A program made the position numbers and the translations under genes. A stretch of 64,000 nt of DNA from Verrucomicrobiota bacterium (GTDB lineage: Bacteria; Verrucomicrobiota; Lentisphaeria; Lentisphaerales; Lentisphaeraceae), in contig JBDKFG010000001.1 in the NCBI GenBank assembly GCA_039798785.1, positions 160,001-224,000 of the forward strand. Reading direction: 5' to 3'. Below are positions 37,809-48,623 of the stretch, piece by piece. How positions within the stretch are numbered: the stretch's first letter is position 1; each line of letters begins with the position of its first letter. A model generated the notes under the pieces. The model saw only the letters and a list, made by a program, of their open reading frames with translations, searched no databases and was not told the origin of the DNA.

Positions 37809-38537
37809 ATGAAGAAGTATTGCCAGTGGGCGGCGCTGCTCGCCCTGATGTTCCTGTTCACCTCCTGCGAATGGTCGAGATGGATGGATTTCCGTGATCA
37901 GATGGCCGATGGCGCCTATGCCAAGAACGCCCGGGTGGAGATCGTCGATCGCCGCGGCGTCATCCATCTCCAAAATCCGATCCTGACCGCCGCCGACATC
38001 CGTCTCGTCACCCAGAAGGAGCCGACCCTCAGCGTCAAGGAGAACGGCCTTCTGCGCGAGACCTGGGTCTGCCGTCGCGAGGGGCCAAAGCGTCGCGGCG
38101 CTGCAGACGACATGGAATTCCTGATGGGCTACAACGCCAAAGGCACCATTGATCTGTTCAAGGCCCCGGTGCAGTTCGCCACCATGTTCAAAAGCGATCT
38201 CGCCAGCTACGCCAAGGCGGCGCAGTGCTCTTTCATCGGCAGCGTCAAGGTGTTCTCCAAGGGGGTGGAATCGGAGCTTCCTTATGAGAAGGGCAGCACC
38301 CGGATCTGGCCGGACAAGGCGATGATCATCGCCGCCTATGGCGAGGCCGACAAGGACGACAAGTCGGTCCTGACCTATAATTATTATGTCTCCCCCGCCG
38401 CAGGCGAGAAGGACGACGGCAAGAATCCGGGGCGCCAGATCCGGATGGAGTTCAGCTTCGACAAGAAGAACCGGCTCAAGCTCTGCAAGATGTTCCTTGG
38501 CAGTACCGAACTGAGCCTAGAACTGGGAGAGGACTGA
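37809..38537 (+). CDS. Hypothetical lipoprotein
   Basis: AGGAG RBS; lipobox FTSC; stop overlaps the pilB start. Confidence 0.7.
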   Translation: MKKYCQWAALLALMFLFTSCEWSRWMDFRDQMADGAYAKNARVEIVDRRGVIHLQNPILTAADIRLVTQKEPTLSVKENGLLRETWVCRREGPKRRGAADDMEFLMGYNAKGTIDLFKAPVQFATMFKSDLASYAKAAQCSFIGSVKVFSKGVESELPYEKGSTRIWPDKAMIIAAYGEADKDDKSVLTYNYYVSPAAGEKDDGKNPGRQIRMEFSFDKKNRLKLCKMFLGSTELSLELGED

Positions 38538-40213
38538 TGAGCCTGATCCATCCCGAGGATGAGCCGCTCTGGGAAGCGCTCACCGCCGCCCATGTCGCCG
38601 ACGAGGAGGTCCTCGCTCTTGCCTTCGCCGACGCCTACGACCAGAAGATCAGCCCCGAAGAGGAGGTGGTCGACCGCGGCCTCCTGAGCGAGGAGGAGCT
38701 GGCGATGCTGCTGTCGAAGAATGCCGGAACGGAGGCGGTCGACCCCGCAAACGCCAGCCTGACGCAGGATTTGATGGCTCGCATCCCTGCCCGCCTGGTG
38801 TTGAAATATCACATCCTTCCCTGGGCCGACGACGGCGACACCCTCTTCGTCGCCTGCGTCAATCCACTGCGCCCGCATCTGCAGGAGACCCTGAAAAACC
38901 TCCTCAAGCGTGAGGTGCAGCTTCTCGCCGCCCCCGCCAGCCGCCTCGGCGAGTCGATCCGGCTGGCCTACGGGGAAGTCGAATCCCGCTCCGATCTCAG
39001 TGATTTCGAAGTCGTCCGTGACGACGACGAGGATGAAGACGAGGATGAAGAAGGCCGCAGCGACAGCGCCATCGCCCTGCTGGTCGAGTCGATCATCTCC
39101 CAGGCCATCCGCGAGCGCACCAGCGACATCCACATCGAGCCCTTCGAGCACGAGACCCAGGTCCGGATGCGGATCGACGGCACCCTGGTCGAAACACACC
39201 GACAGCCCCGCCTGCTGCATAATTCGATCTGCAGCCGGGTGAAGGTCCTGGCCGGCCTCAACGTCGCCGAATCCCGGCTGCCGCAGGACGGACGGATAGA
39301 ATTCCGCTTCGAGGGGCGCTCGGTCGACCTGCGCATCTCGACCCTGCCCGTCCGGCACGGCGAGATGATCTGCATCCGCGTCCTCGACCGCAGCGGCAGC
39401 GTCCTCAGCCTCGACCGCATCGGCCTGCCCGAGGAGCTGGTCGCCGGCATCCGCCGCCAGGCCAACCGCCCGAGCGGCATTTTCATCGTCACCGGCCCGA
39501 CCGGTTCCGGCAAGTCGACCACCCTCTATGCCGCCCTGTGCGAGCTCAACGTCAGCACCGAGAAGATCCTCACCGCTGAGGATCCGATCGAATATGAGAT
39601 CGACGGCATCGTGCAAGTCCAGGTCCACGAAGCGATCGGCCTCGGCTATTCCCGCCTCATCCGCGCCTTCCTCCGCCAGGACCCCGACCGCATCATGATC
39701 GGCGAGATCCGCGACACCGAGACGGCGGCTATGGCGATCCAGGCGGCGCTCACCGGCCACATGGTCTATTCCACCCTTCACACCAACGACGCCCCCGGCG
39801 CGGTTGCACGTCTCCTCGACATGGGGGTCGAGCCCTTCCTCATCGCCGCGGCGATGAACGGCGTCCTCGGACAGCGACTGTTGCGCAAGATCTGCGACGG
39901 CTGCAAAGCCTCCTACAAGCCCGAAAAGACCGAGGTCGACGCCCTCGGCCTGGGCCAGAATGAAGTGGAGGCCGGCTTTTTCTACGGTCGCGGCTGTGCC
40001 AAATGCAATATGACAGGCTACCGTGGAAGAGTGCCCATTCAAGAACTTCTCGAATTCACTCCGGAAATCAAGACCTTGGTGCTGCGACGCGCGCCGACCT
40101 CGACCATCCGCCAGCAGGCGGTCCGTCAAGGGATGGTGCCGATGCGGCTCCAGGGAGCCAGACTGGTGGTGACCGGCCTGACCACGGCCGAAGAAGTGCT
40201 GAAATACACTTGA
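38537..40213 (+). CDS. pilB: Type IV pilus / T2SS assembly ATPase (PilB/GspE)
   Basis: SDIHIEP, RLPQDG, GPTGSGKST, EDPIE, LRQDPD, CxxC...CxxC. Confidence 0.9.
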   Translation: MSLIHPEDEPLWEALTAAHVADEEVLALAFADAYDQKISPEEEVVDRGLLSEEELAMLLSKNAGTEAVDPANASLTQDLMARIPARLVLKYHILPWADDGDTLFVACVNPLRPHLQETLKNLLKREVQLLAAPASRLGESIRLAYGEVESRSDLSDFEVVRDDDEDEDEDEEGRSDSAIALLVESIISQAIRERTSDIHIEPFEHETQVRMRIDGTLVETHRQPRLLHNSICSRVKVLAGLNVAESRLPQDGRIEFRFEGRSVDLRISTLPVRHGEMICIRVLDRSGSVLSLDRIGLPEELVAGIRRQANRPSGIFIVTGPTGSGKSTTLYAALCELNVSTEKILTAEDPIEYEIDGIVQVQVHEAIGLGYSRLIRAFLRQDPDRIMIGEIRDTETAAMAIQAALTGHMVYSTLHTNDAPGAVARLLDMGVEPFLIAAAMNGVLGQRLLRKICDGCKASYKPEKTEVDALGLGQNEVEAGFFYGRGCAKCNMTGYRGRVPIQELLEFTPEIKTLVLRRAPTSTIRQQAVRQGMVPMRLQGARLVVTGLTTAEEVLKYT

Positions 40214-40231
40214 ACCCAGGGGGAGCTGCCA

Positions 40232-41290
40232 ATGATCGAGATGCATGAGCTGCTGCAATTGGTGCTTGATGAAGGTGCGAGCGACTTGCACCTGACCGTG
40301 GACTCGCCGCCGGTGTTGCGGATGCGCGGCGAAATGGTGCCGCTCGACACTGATCCTCTCACCGCCGAAGACACCGAACGTCTGATGAAGTCGGTCACTT
40401 CCGATGCCAACCGCATCCGCCTCAACGAAGTCGGTGGCGCCGACTTCGGCTTCGCTTATGGCGACGCGGCCCGTTTCCGGGTCTCGGTCTTCCGCCAGAA
40501 AGGCCGGATCGGCCTCGTCCTGCGCACTATCTCCAACAAGCTCCTCACCCTCGAGCAGATCGGCCTGCCCGCCTCGATCAAGGACCTCCTCTACAAGCCG
40601 CGCGGCCTGATCCTGGTCACCGGTCCCACCGGCTCCGGCAAATCCACCACCCTCGCTTCGATGCTCAACATCATCAACGAGGAGCGCGCCGCCCACATCA
40701 TCACCATCGAAGACCCGATCGAATTCTACCACCCGCACAAGCGCAGCGTCGTCAACCAGCGCGAAGTCGGCGCCGACGTCCCATCCTTCGCCGAAGCCCT
40801 GCGGCGTGCCCTCCGCCAGGACCCGGACGTCATCCTCGTCGGTGAGATGCGCGACCTCGAGACCATCTCTGCAGCCGTATCCGCCGCGGAAACCGGCCAC
40901 CTCGTCTTCGGTACCCTCCACACCACCGGTGCCGCCGAGACCATCGACCGTATCGTCGACGTCTTCCCCACCAACCAGCAGGCGCAGGTCCGCAGCCAGC
41001 TCGCCGCCGGTCTCGAATGCGTCGTCTCCCAGCTTCTTCTGCCGCGCATCGACAAGCCGGGGCGCGTCGCCGCCTTCGAGATCATGATCAAGACCCCTGG
41101 CATCCAGTCCCTGATCCGCGACGCCAAGACCTTCCAGGTCGCCTCTCACATTCAGACCGGCGCCAAATACGGCATGAACACTTTGGATTCGCACCTTTTG
41201 CAATTGTTCGAATCGGGTATCATCTCTTATGCAGAAATGATCACCAAGTGCAAAGACGCCAATTTCATCAATGAAAAAATCCGCGGCTGA
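40232..41290 (+). CDS. pilT: Pilus retraction ATPase
   Basis: ASDLHL, GPTGSGKST, QREVG, LRQDPDVILVGEMRD, AAETGH, GIQSLIRD. Confidence 0.92.
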   Translation: MIEMHELLQLVLDEGASDLHLTVDSPPVLRMRGEMVPLDTDPLTAEDTERLMKSVTSDANRIRLNEVGGADFGFAYGDAARFRVSVFRQKGRIGLVLRTISNKLLTLEQIGLPASIKDLLYKPRGLILVTGPTGSGKSTTLASMLNIINEERAAHIITIEDPIEFYHPHKRSVVNQREVGADVPSFAEALRRALRQDPDVILVGEMRDLETISAAVSAAETGHLVFGTLHTTGAAETIDRIVDVFPTNQQAQVRSQLAAGLECVVSQLLLPRIDKPGRVAAFEIMIKTPGIQSLIRDAKTFQVASHIQTGAKYGMNTLDSHLLQLFESGIISYAEMITKCKDANFINEKIRG

Positions 41291-41315
41291 GCGGCTTTGA
41301 TCCAAGGAGACACCC

Positions 41316-42554
41316 ATGCCTAAGTTTGACTACGTCGCGATGGATTCCCGCGGACGCGAATCCAAGGGTACGATCGAGGCCGAGAACGCCAAAATCGCCG
41401 AGGCGCAATTGAAGGAGAAGGGGCTTCTTCCCCGCGAAATCAATCCGCAGAAGGGGGCGAAGGCGGCGCCGAAGAAAGGCGGCAGCAAGCAGATCACCTT
41501 GGGCGGCGCCCCGGCGATCAAGGGCAAGGAGCTCACCACCTTCACCCGCCAGCTCTCGGTTCTGATCTCCGCCGGCCTTCCCCTGGTCCGCGCCCTCCGT
41601 ACGCTCGAAAAGCAGGCCAAGCGCACCCCTCACATCCAGCTGGTCATCGGCCAGGTAGCCGACTCGGTTGAAGGCGGCTCCACCTTCTCCGAATCGCTCA
41701 GCCAGCAGAAGAAGTCCTTCGATGACTTGTACTGCGCCATGATCAAGGCCGGTGAAGCCTCCGGCGCGATGGAGGCGGTGCTCGACCGTCTCGCCATGTT
41801 CATGGAAAAAGCCGAACGCCTGAAGCGCAAGATCAAGGGCGCCTTGACCTACCCGGTCGCGGTTCTCGGCATTGCCTTGTGCATCACCGGCTTCTTGATG
41901 GTATTCATCGTACCCAAATTCAAGACCATCTTCGATGACATGCTCAAGGGCGAGCCCCTGCCTGGCCTCACCGCCATGGTGGTCGCCTTCTCCGACTTCA
42001 TGAAGGGGTACTGGTACGTCTGCATCGGCATGGTCTTTGCTGCCATCGGCGGATTCAAAGCCCTCGCTGCCACCCCGCCGGGGCGCCTCCTCATCGACTC
42101 AATGTCGCTCAAGATGCCCCCCTTCGGTGGCTTGGTCACCAAGGTCAACGTCGCCCGCTTCTGCCGCACCCTCTCGACTCTCCTGTCCTCAGGCGTGTCG
42201 ATCCTGCAAGCCCTCGAAATCGTCAAGGAGACCACCGGCAACAAAGTGGTCGGCGCCGGTATTTCCTCGATCGCCAGCGCTGTCAAGGAAGGTGAAGGGA
42301 TGAGCAAGCCTCTCGAAAACACCGGCATCTTCCCGGTCATGATGGTGTCGATGGTGGAAGTCGGTGAAGAGACCGGCGCCCTGCCCGACATGCTCGTCCG
42401 CGTCGCCGACATCTACGAGGAAGAAGTCGATGTCGCCGTCGACTCGCTCACGTCTCTGATCGAACCGATGATGATCGTCGGCCTCGCCGTCATCGTCGGT
42501 ACCATCGTCATCGCCATGTTCATGCCGATGATCGCGATCATGCAGAAACTGTGA
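41316..42554 (+). CDS. pilC: Type IV pilus / T2SS platform protein (PilC/GspF)
   Basis: FTRQL, AGEASG, ALTYP, VGEETG, IEP. Confidence 0.92.
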   Translation: MPKFDYVAMDSRGRESKGTIEAENAKIAEAQLKEKGLLPREINPQKGAKAAPKKGGSKQITLGGAPAIKGKELTTFTRQLSVLISAGLPLVRALRTLEKQAKRTPHIQLVIGQVADSVEGGSTFSESLSQQKKSFDDLYCAMIKAGEASGAMEAVLDRLAMFMEKAERLKRKIKGALTYPVAVLGIALCITGFLMVFIVPKFKTIFDDMLKGEPLPGLTAMVVAFSDFMKGYWYVCIGMVFAAIGGFKALAATPPGRLLIDSMSLKMPPFGGLVTKVNVARFCRTLSTLLSSGVSILQALEIVKETTGNKVVGAGISSIASAVKEGEGMSKPLENTGIFPVMMVSMVEVGEETGALPDMLVRVADIYEEEVDVAVDSLTSLIEPMMIVGLAVIVGTIVIAMFMPMIAIMQKL

Positions 42555-42640
42555 CAAAATGACAAGCGCCTGCCTTGATGGGCAGGCGCCTGCATTTACT
42601 GTCAGTCCCCATTCTCGTATTTCAGCTAAGGAGTCTCAGG

Positions 42641-45600
42641 ATGCTCAGCTTCACCAACAGCTTTGTCCGCCGCCAGTTCCCTGCCTTCGCCCTCGCTTCC
42701 CTTGCCTTCTCTTCCCTCGCACTCCATGCGGAAGAGGTGACTGACGAAGACACCGACTTGCGCTTCGCCGAGCTGCTCAGCGGCCAGAAAGTCCTTGAGC
42801 CCGAGCAAAACAGCTATATCAAGATCCTGAAGCAGAAATACAGCGCCAAACCCGGCTTCATCGCCATGCTCGAAGCGGGCATCGCCTACGGCCAGGGCAA
42901 CCCGGGCAAGGGACGCGAAAGATTCAACTCGATCCCCGTCGAAGATCCTTATTTCCAGAAAGCCATCGCCAAATGGCTCGACATCGCCGGTGAAAAGGTC
43001 GGCGAAGATGAAGTCCGCGATCTCGCCGGTGTCGCCATGGCGGCGGAGAAATACTGGAAAAGCCCCCTCGCGGCCAAGTTGAAAGACACAGATGCGGACT
43101 TTAATCTGATCTTTGAGGGCATGAAGATCTATCATGCCAAATTGAAGAAGGATAATCCGCAGGAAGCGAAAAAGCTGGCTGAAGCTTGGGATAAGCAGTT
43201 CCCGAAGTATACCCTTATCGGAGATCCAATCGTCGAAACCTATAATGACTTTGTTGCCTATATCAATAAGGTGGAGAGTGACTTCTTTACCAAAAAGGTG
43301 ACTAAGATCAATTCTAAAGAGCTGGAGGATCGCCTGAAGGAGGCGGCCAATATCCTGGCCAACGAATCGCCTTACAAGGACTGGATGGAGTCCGAGAAAG
43401 CCCGGGTCCTGGCCCTGACAGGCAAGGAGGACGAAGCCCTCAAACTGCTCGAGCGCCGTGAAGCCGCTTTCAAGGCTATGGAAGAAGCCATGTTGACTGA
43501 CAAGGAAAATGCAAAGATTCCCAAGGATCAGATTTACTACAGCTCTCCCATGGGCCCCTTCTATTACGCCAAGGGCGCAGTTTTGCAGATCAAGGCTTGG
43601 CGCCTGATCAACCAGGGCAAGATGCAAGAGGCGATTCCGCTGCTCTTCAACATGGGCGATGCCAAGGCCACCACCGCCATGGCCGCCACCAACTATTATC
43701 TCTGCGTCAAGAACTACAAGCTTGCCGCCAGTCGCGACAACGCTGCCTGGCGCTATCAGATCGAGCTCCAGCCGTTGACGAAAAAAGCCAATCGTGGCAA
43801 GGATCTGGCCTCGCTTCCCGGGATGGAGACCAAGGACCTCTTCGACGCCGCCTACAACCAGAAACTTTACGAAGAAGCTCTCGGCCTGGATGATCAGATC
43901 CAGAAAGAGTTCATCGCCAAAAAAACCGATGTCAATGCGATCGGGCTCTACTACTGGCTGCGAGCCACTTGCGCTTTCGAGTCAGGTAAATTCGAACTGG
44001 CGCTGGAGATTCGCAATCTCCTGAAGTCGAAATACCCGAGCGCCAAAAATCCCAAGGAGCCGGCATCCAAGACTTATGCCGAGCAGTGCGAATCGATGCT
44101 CAACGGCAAAGCCAAGACTTTGATCAAGGAACTGGAAGAGGCGATCGCGAAAAAGCCGGATGAGGCGAAAAAGAAAGATATTGCCCGCCTGCAACCCTTC
44201 GTCATCGTCGCCGACAACGCCCAGACCCGCCTTTTCGCGGCCATGACCAGCTACCTCGAATTCGAAGCCTTGCGCAGCAAGAAAGACCCCGGTGCCAAGG
44301 CCAAGGCCAAGGAGACGATGGATCTCTTCACCAACAAGTTGATCAAAGATCCGAAGTACGCCACCTCGCCCGAGGCCCTCATCGCCCTCTACTACACCGG
44401 CGAGCTTCATGCCTTCGGCGGCGACACCGCCAAGGCGGAGGAAACCTGGAAGCTCTACTTCATCAAGGAATCCGGCCTCGACATCAAGGGCCGCTTCCTC
44501 AAGCTTTGCGCTTTGTCCAAGGTCGCCAACCAGAAATTCCGCCTCAACCAGGAGGACAGCCTCCAGGCTTCGGTTGACGAATACTGGAAATTCCGCAAGG
44601 ATGCCAACAACAAGTGGGAAGAGTTGAGCGCCGATCAGGTCAAAAATTCGGTCTCGATGGATGGCAACATCGCCGCCTTCCCCTTGGAGCAATCCTTGAA
44701 GCTCCTGGAAGCGCCCCGCAAACTCCTGGTGGAGAAACGCAGAGAGCGCAACAAGATCTCCGAGGACCAGAAGGAGGCCCGCGAAGCGGCCGCCAAGGTC
44801 GTCCGCGATCTTGAGCGTGAATTCCAGCCCAAGGCCAAGGAAGTCAGCGAAGTGATCGAAAAGTGGTGCGTCACCTATCCTGACGCCGATCGCGTCCCCC
44901 ACTTCCGCCTCAAGCAGGGCAAGCTGCTGCTTGATGCCGGCGACATCAACAACGCCCGCAGCAAGTTCGAACTCCTCAAGTCGAAATTCCCCACGCACGA
45001 AGTCACCAAGGCCGCCGCCATGGCCGTCGTCGAGCTCCACCTCGAAGCCGGCGAACGCGGCGAAGGCGCCCGTGAAGCCCTTGCCATCGATGTCAAGACC
45101 TTGCCCGAACAGACCCTGCTCTTCCTCTGCCGTAAATTCCGCTTCATCACCAAGCCCGACGAGACTGTCAGCCCTGCCGACAAGAAGTCCTGCTGCGATC
45201 TGGTGATCAAGGTCTGCGAGGAATTCCTCAGCCGCCCTCTCGCAGATGAAGCTGCGAAGATCCAGGCCAACGGCTGCAAATTCGAAATCGCCCGGGCCCA
45301 GTTCTACATCGGCGAAGAGGCCAAGGCCTTGACTAGCTTCGATGCAATGCTCAAGGAGAACGAAGCTGAAACGGATACGAAGAAGAAGTCTCCCTACGTC
45401 TACGACATCCGTTTGATGAAGGCCGAAATCATGGTCAACACCGCCAAGACCATCGATGAATTCAACGCCGCCATCAACGAGCTCCGTAAACTCAAGGAAG
45501 AGGTCGGTCAGCTCCCCGCCGCGTTCCCCAATCGCAACATCCTGGCGATGACTTGCCAGCTCTTCATCGGCGAAGCCGGTTTCCGAGCCGCCCGCGCTCT

Positions 45601-45859
45601 CGGCGCCGCAGCCGTTCCCATCATCAAGCTCGGCAACGCCGAATGCTACAACCTCTATCAGCCCAAGAGCCCCGTTCCGCAAGGCATGGAAGCCGATGAC
45701 TGGGAGCACTTCCAAAGCGAAGCCCTGTTCTACCAGATCATGTTCAACTCTTACCTCAACCGTGCCGAAACTGCGGAAACGCAGAAGAAGGAATTCATCA
45801 AGAGATTCCCCACCTCGCCGCGGAGAAAGTTCCTCAATCCGCTGCCTCAAGCGCTTTGA
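42641..45859 (+). CDS. Large exported alpha-helical/TPR-like protein
   Basis: AAGGAG RBS before ATG 42641; signal peptide; TPR-like repeats; ends FIKRFPTS. Confidence 0.7.
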   Translation: MLSFTNSFVRRQFPAFALASLAFSSLALHAEEVTDEDTDLRFAELLSGQKVLEPEQNSYIKILKQKYSAKPGFIAMLEAGIAYGQGNPGKGRERFNSIPVEDPYFQKAIAKWLDIAGEKVGEDEVRDLAGVAMAAEKYWKSPLAAKLKDTDADFNLIFEGMKIYHAKLKKDNPQEAKKLAEAWDKQFPKYTLIGDPIVETYNDFVAYINKVESDFFTKKVTKINSKELEDRLKEAANILANESPYKDWMESEKARVLALTGKEDEALKLLERREAAFKAMEEAMLTDKENAKIPKDQIYYSSPMGPFYYAKGAVLQIKAWRLINQGKMQEAIPLLFNMGDAKATTAMAATNYYLCVKNYKLAASRDNAAWRYQIELQPLTKKANRGKDLASLPGMETKDLFDAAYNQKLYEEALGLDDQIQKEFIAKKTDVNAIGLYYWLRATCAFESGKFELALEIRNLLKSKYPSAKNPKEPASKTYAEQCESMLNGKAKTLIKELEEAIAKKPDEAKKKDIARLQPFVIVADNAQTRLFAAMTSYLEFEALRSKKDPGAKAKAKETMDLFTNKLIKDPKYATSPEALIALYYTGELHAFGGDTAKAEETWKLYFIKESGLDIKGRFLKLCALSKVANQKFRLNQEDSLQASVDEYWKFRKDANNKWEELSADQVKNSVSMDGNIAAFPLEQSLKLLEAPRKLLVEKRRERNKISEDQKEAREAAAKVVRDLEREFQPKAKEVSEVIEKWCVTYPDADRVPHFRLKQGKLLLDAGDINNARSKFELLKSKFPTHEVTKAAAMAVVELHLEAGERGEGAREALAIDVKTLPEQTLLFLCRKFRFITKPDETVSPADKKSCCDLVIKVCEEFLSRPLADEAAKIQANGCKFEIARAQFYIGEEAKALTSFDAMLKENEAETDTKKKSPYVYDIRLMKAEIMVNTAKTIDEFNAAINELRKLKEEVGQLPAAFPNRNILAMTCQLFIGEAGFRAARALGAAAVPIIKLGNAECYNLYQPKSPVPQGMEADDWEHFQSEALFYQIMFNSYLNRAETAETQKKEFIKRFPTSPRRKFLNPLPQAL

Positions 45860-45910
45860 TGTATTTGACAAAATCGAAAAATAGAACACCTTTGCATTGA
45901 GGAGAATTCC

Positions 45911-46648
45911 ATGAGAAGCATTTTCGCAATTGTGCTGATGTTTGTGGCGATGTCCGCATCGGCCCAGATCACCGTGAAGACCACTTCCGGCGAAAGCGTC
46001 GATGGGAAAGAAGTGAAGTTGGAAGCCGGGCGTTTGAAACTCACTCTTGAAGGGGGAGCCGCCCGTTCCTGGGACCGTTCGGCACTCAAGCAGGTGATCA
46101 TGGCCGAGCCTGCCGACATGGCGCAGATTCGCAAGCTCTTCTATTCGGGTAAGTTTGCCGACGTCGTGGCGATGAAGCCCAAAGCCGATGGCCTGAAGCT
46201 TTTCGGCTGGGGTAAATGGGCGGCCTACTTCATCGCTCGCGCCCACATCGCTCTTGGCAAGGCCGACGAAGGACGCAAGATTCTCCGCGAATTCGAGTCC
46301 TCGGTCGACGGCAGCAATGTCAGTGCTGATTCGATGATCATCAAGCTCGGCCTGGCCGAGACCGACATCGCCATGAAGAAAAACACCGAAGCCGAGAGTT
46401 TTTTGCTCGCCGCCACGAATAAATACGATGACTCGGTGCGTCCTTACGTCTCCGCTGCCAGAGGCCGCCTTTATTTCGCCCAGGAGAAGTTCGAGAACTC
46501 CAAACTGGAACACCTCAAAGTCGTTCTTTGCGATCCCAACGAGTGGGAGTCACGCCTCTCTCTCAAGGAGATCGACGTGATCCTGAAGAAGCTTCAGGAT
46601 CCTCGTGCCGGCCAACCGCTGAAACTGAGCAGAATTCAAAACGATTGA
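45911..46648 (+). CDS. Exported TPR-like protein
   Basis: Signal peptide ending ASA-Q; helical repeats. Confidence 0.7.
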   Translation: MRSIFAIVLMFVAMSASAQITVKTTSGESVDGKEVKLEAGRLKLTLEGGAARSWDRSALKQVIMAEPADMAQIRKLFYSGKFADVVAMKPKADGLKLFGWGKWAAYFIARAHIALGKADEGRKILREFESSVDGSNVSADSMIIKLGLAETDIAMKKNTEAESFLLAATNKYDDSVRPYVSAARGRLYFAQEKFENSKLEHLKVVLCDPNEWESRLSLKEIDVILKKLQDPRAGQPLKLSRIQND

Positions 46649-46682
46649 TGCACCCCAAAACCCAACCCGGAGACAGAAAGAC

Positions 46683-47471
46683 ATGAAGAGCATTCGAAAC
46701 ATCCTGATGGCAAGTCTATTCGCTTGCGCCCTTTTCTTTGGTAGCCTCACTGCGATGGCTCAAGGCGCCGCCCCCGCTGCCGGCGCTCCTGCCGGGGATG
46801 CTCAGCCCGAAATGCCGAAAGCCGACTTTTACCACATTGTCATCGTCGGTGAACCCATGCCCATCAACCAGATCATCTGGCTGATGCTCCTCGGTGTCTC
46901 GATCGCCACCTTCGCCCAGATCATCGATGCGGCGATCCAGGTCAAGCGTGAAAAACTCCTTCCGGCCCACCTGGTCGAAGGCGTCCGCACCTGCCTCACC
47001 GAAGGCGACCTCGAAGGCGCCATCGCCACTTGCGAGGAAAACCCCGGCCCCCTCTCCAACATCCTCCTCGCCGGCTTCTCGCAGATCACCGAAGGCTTCG
47101 CCGTCATTCAAGAGACCATCGTCAAGGCTTCCGAACTGGAAACCGAGAAGATCATGCAGAAACTCAACTTCCTCAACATCTACGGTCAGATCGGTCCGAT
47201 GCTCGGTCTTCTCGGTACCGTTACCGGCATGGTCTCGGCCTTTAACGGCCTCGCCACCATGACTGGCGCCGGCAAAGCCGCCATGCTCGCCATCTCCATC
47301 GCGGGCGCTCTCTGGACCACCATCGCCGGTCTTCTGATCTCCATCCCCGCCCTTCTCGGCTTCACCATCTTCCGTAACCAAGCGATCAAGATCATCATCG
47401 AAACCGAACAGACGGTTATCGACCTGATCAAGACCCTCCGTAACGCCGAAGTCGCCAAAGACGCCGAGTAA
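46683..47471 (+). CDS. MotA/TolQ/ExbB proton channel protein
   Basis: GPMLGLLGTVTGM, ALWTTIAGL.ISIP. Confidence 0.92.
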   Translation: MKSIRNILMASLFACALFFGSLTAMAQGAAPAAGAPAGDAQPEMPKADFYHIVIVGEPMPINQIIWLMLLGVSIATFAQIIDAAIQVKREKLLPAHLVEGVRTCLTEGDLEGAIATCEENPGPLSNILLAGFSQITEGFAVIQETIVKASELETEKIMQKLNFLNIYGQIGPMLGLLGTVTGMVSAFNGLATMTGAGKAAMLAISIAGALWTTIAGLLISIPALLGFTIFRNQAIKIIIETEQTVIDLIKTLRNAEVAKDAE

Positions 47472-47525
47472 TCTCAACCCCATCCCAGCTCCGGCTGCGG
47501 CCGGACCTGGGAACAGGAGCTCGCT

Positions 47526-47954
47526 ATGAAAAAAACAGACCAAAAATGCGAGACGCCGATTTCGAGCCTGATCGACATCGTCTTTCTTCTGATCATGTTC
47601 TTCGTTGCGACGGCCAACTTCGACTCAGAAGGTTTTGACAACAACGTCGAGCTCGCCAAGGCGAAAAATCTTCAGAAGATGACGACCAAGCCGATCAATC
47701 AGATTCCGATCTCGGTCGACTACAACAATCTGACCAAGGGTTACGACATCAAGGTCGGCGGCATCAACGCCACCGGCAAGCAGGTGGAAACTCTCTTGCG
47801 TGAATGCGTCAAACGGATGGGCAGCAGCACTGAGGCCTTCATCCGAGTCGACAAGCGCTGCAAACTCGGCGCCTTGGAAGAGGTGACTACCGCGTGCGGT
47901 GCCGCCGGCGTCGCCACTTTGAAAATTTCCGCCGAAGCGGAAGGGGGCAAGTAA
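47526..47954 (+). CDS. ExbD/TolR family protein
   Basis: LIDIVFLLIMFF with the conserved TM Asp. Confidence 0.88.
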   Translation: MKKTDQKCETPISSLIDIVFLLIMFFVATANFDSEGFDNNVELAKAKNLQKMTTKPINQIPISVDYNNLTKGYDIKVGGINATGKQVETLLRECVKRMGSSTEAFIRVDKRCKLGALEEVTTACGAAGVATLKISAEAEGGK

Positions 47955-47955
47955 A

Positions 47956-48411
47956 ATGGCCAAAAGAACCGAGTACACTTCAGAAGTTCCGATCTCTGCG
48001 ATGATCGACGTCACCTTCCTTCTTCTCATCTACTTCATCGTGATGCAGAAAGAAGTCAAAGAAGAGTCCTATGTCGCAGTGAATCAGCCAGCCCTGAACC
48101 CCGGGCCTCCTCCCCCGGTGTTGCCCACCACTTGCGACATCCACGTCCGTCCCGATGCCTACCATTCCCGTGGCCAGGCTTATCCGACAGTGGATGGACT
48201 CCTGCCTGACCTTGAGCACTTCGCCGCCAACTCGGAAGTCGATCCTGACGATCCGATGAAGCGCCGAAAGAACGTCATCGTCAACCTCAAGCTCTCGGTC
48301 CATGCGACCCAGCAGCAGCTGGTCGACCTGCTCGACACTTTGGCCAAGTATGACTTGACCAAAATCAACTTTTTCTATCTCAAGGGAGCGGTCGACGCCC
48401 CTGTTCCGTGA
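47956..48411 (+). CDS. ExbD/TolR family protein
   Basis: MIDVTFLLLIYF with the conserved TM Asp. Confidence 0.85.
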   Translation: MAKRTEYTSEVPISAMIDVTFLLLIYFIVMQKEVKEESYVAVNQPALNPGPPPPVLPTTCDIHVRPDAYHSRGQAYPTVDGLLPDLEHFAANSEVDPDDPMKRRKNVIVNLKLSVHATQQQLVDLLDTLAKYDLTKINFFYLKGAVDAPVP

Positions 48412-48432
48412 TCGGAAGTCGATGTCGAAATG

Positions 48433-48461
48433 AAAACCTCCCGGCAACGGGAGGTTTTTTT
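48433..48461 (+). terminator. Intrinsic terminator
   Basis: AAAACCTCCCG-GCAA-CGGGAGG-TTTTTTT. Confidence 0.88.
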
Positions 48462-48623
48462 AGTGGTGCGCCGAGGAGTGAGGGAGTAGCTTAGCTTGGG
48501 GTTGCTCCTTGGCCCCCTAAGCACTGCTGATTGTGAAGATCTCTGCAGACAAGTGACGGGGAACCATAGGAATCCTGGTTGAAAGGTTCATCCTAAAAAC
48601 CGATCTGTATCACTCCAAATCAA

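Noticed and set aside
38384..46513. Long antisense ORFs (977 aa, 843 aa and similar, also 25542-27644 and 57968-60160)
   Set aside because: Shadows of well-supported genes caused by high GC3; no motifs
48463..48540. Possible tRNA 3' end (TGGTGCGCC, reverse GGCGCACCA)
   Set aside because: No T-loop or cloverleaf can be formed
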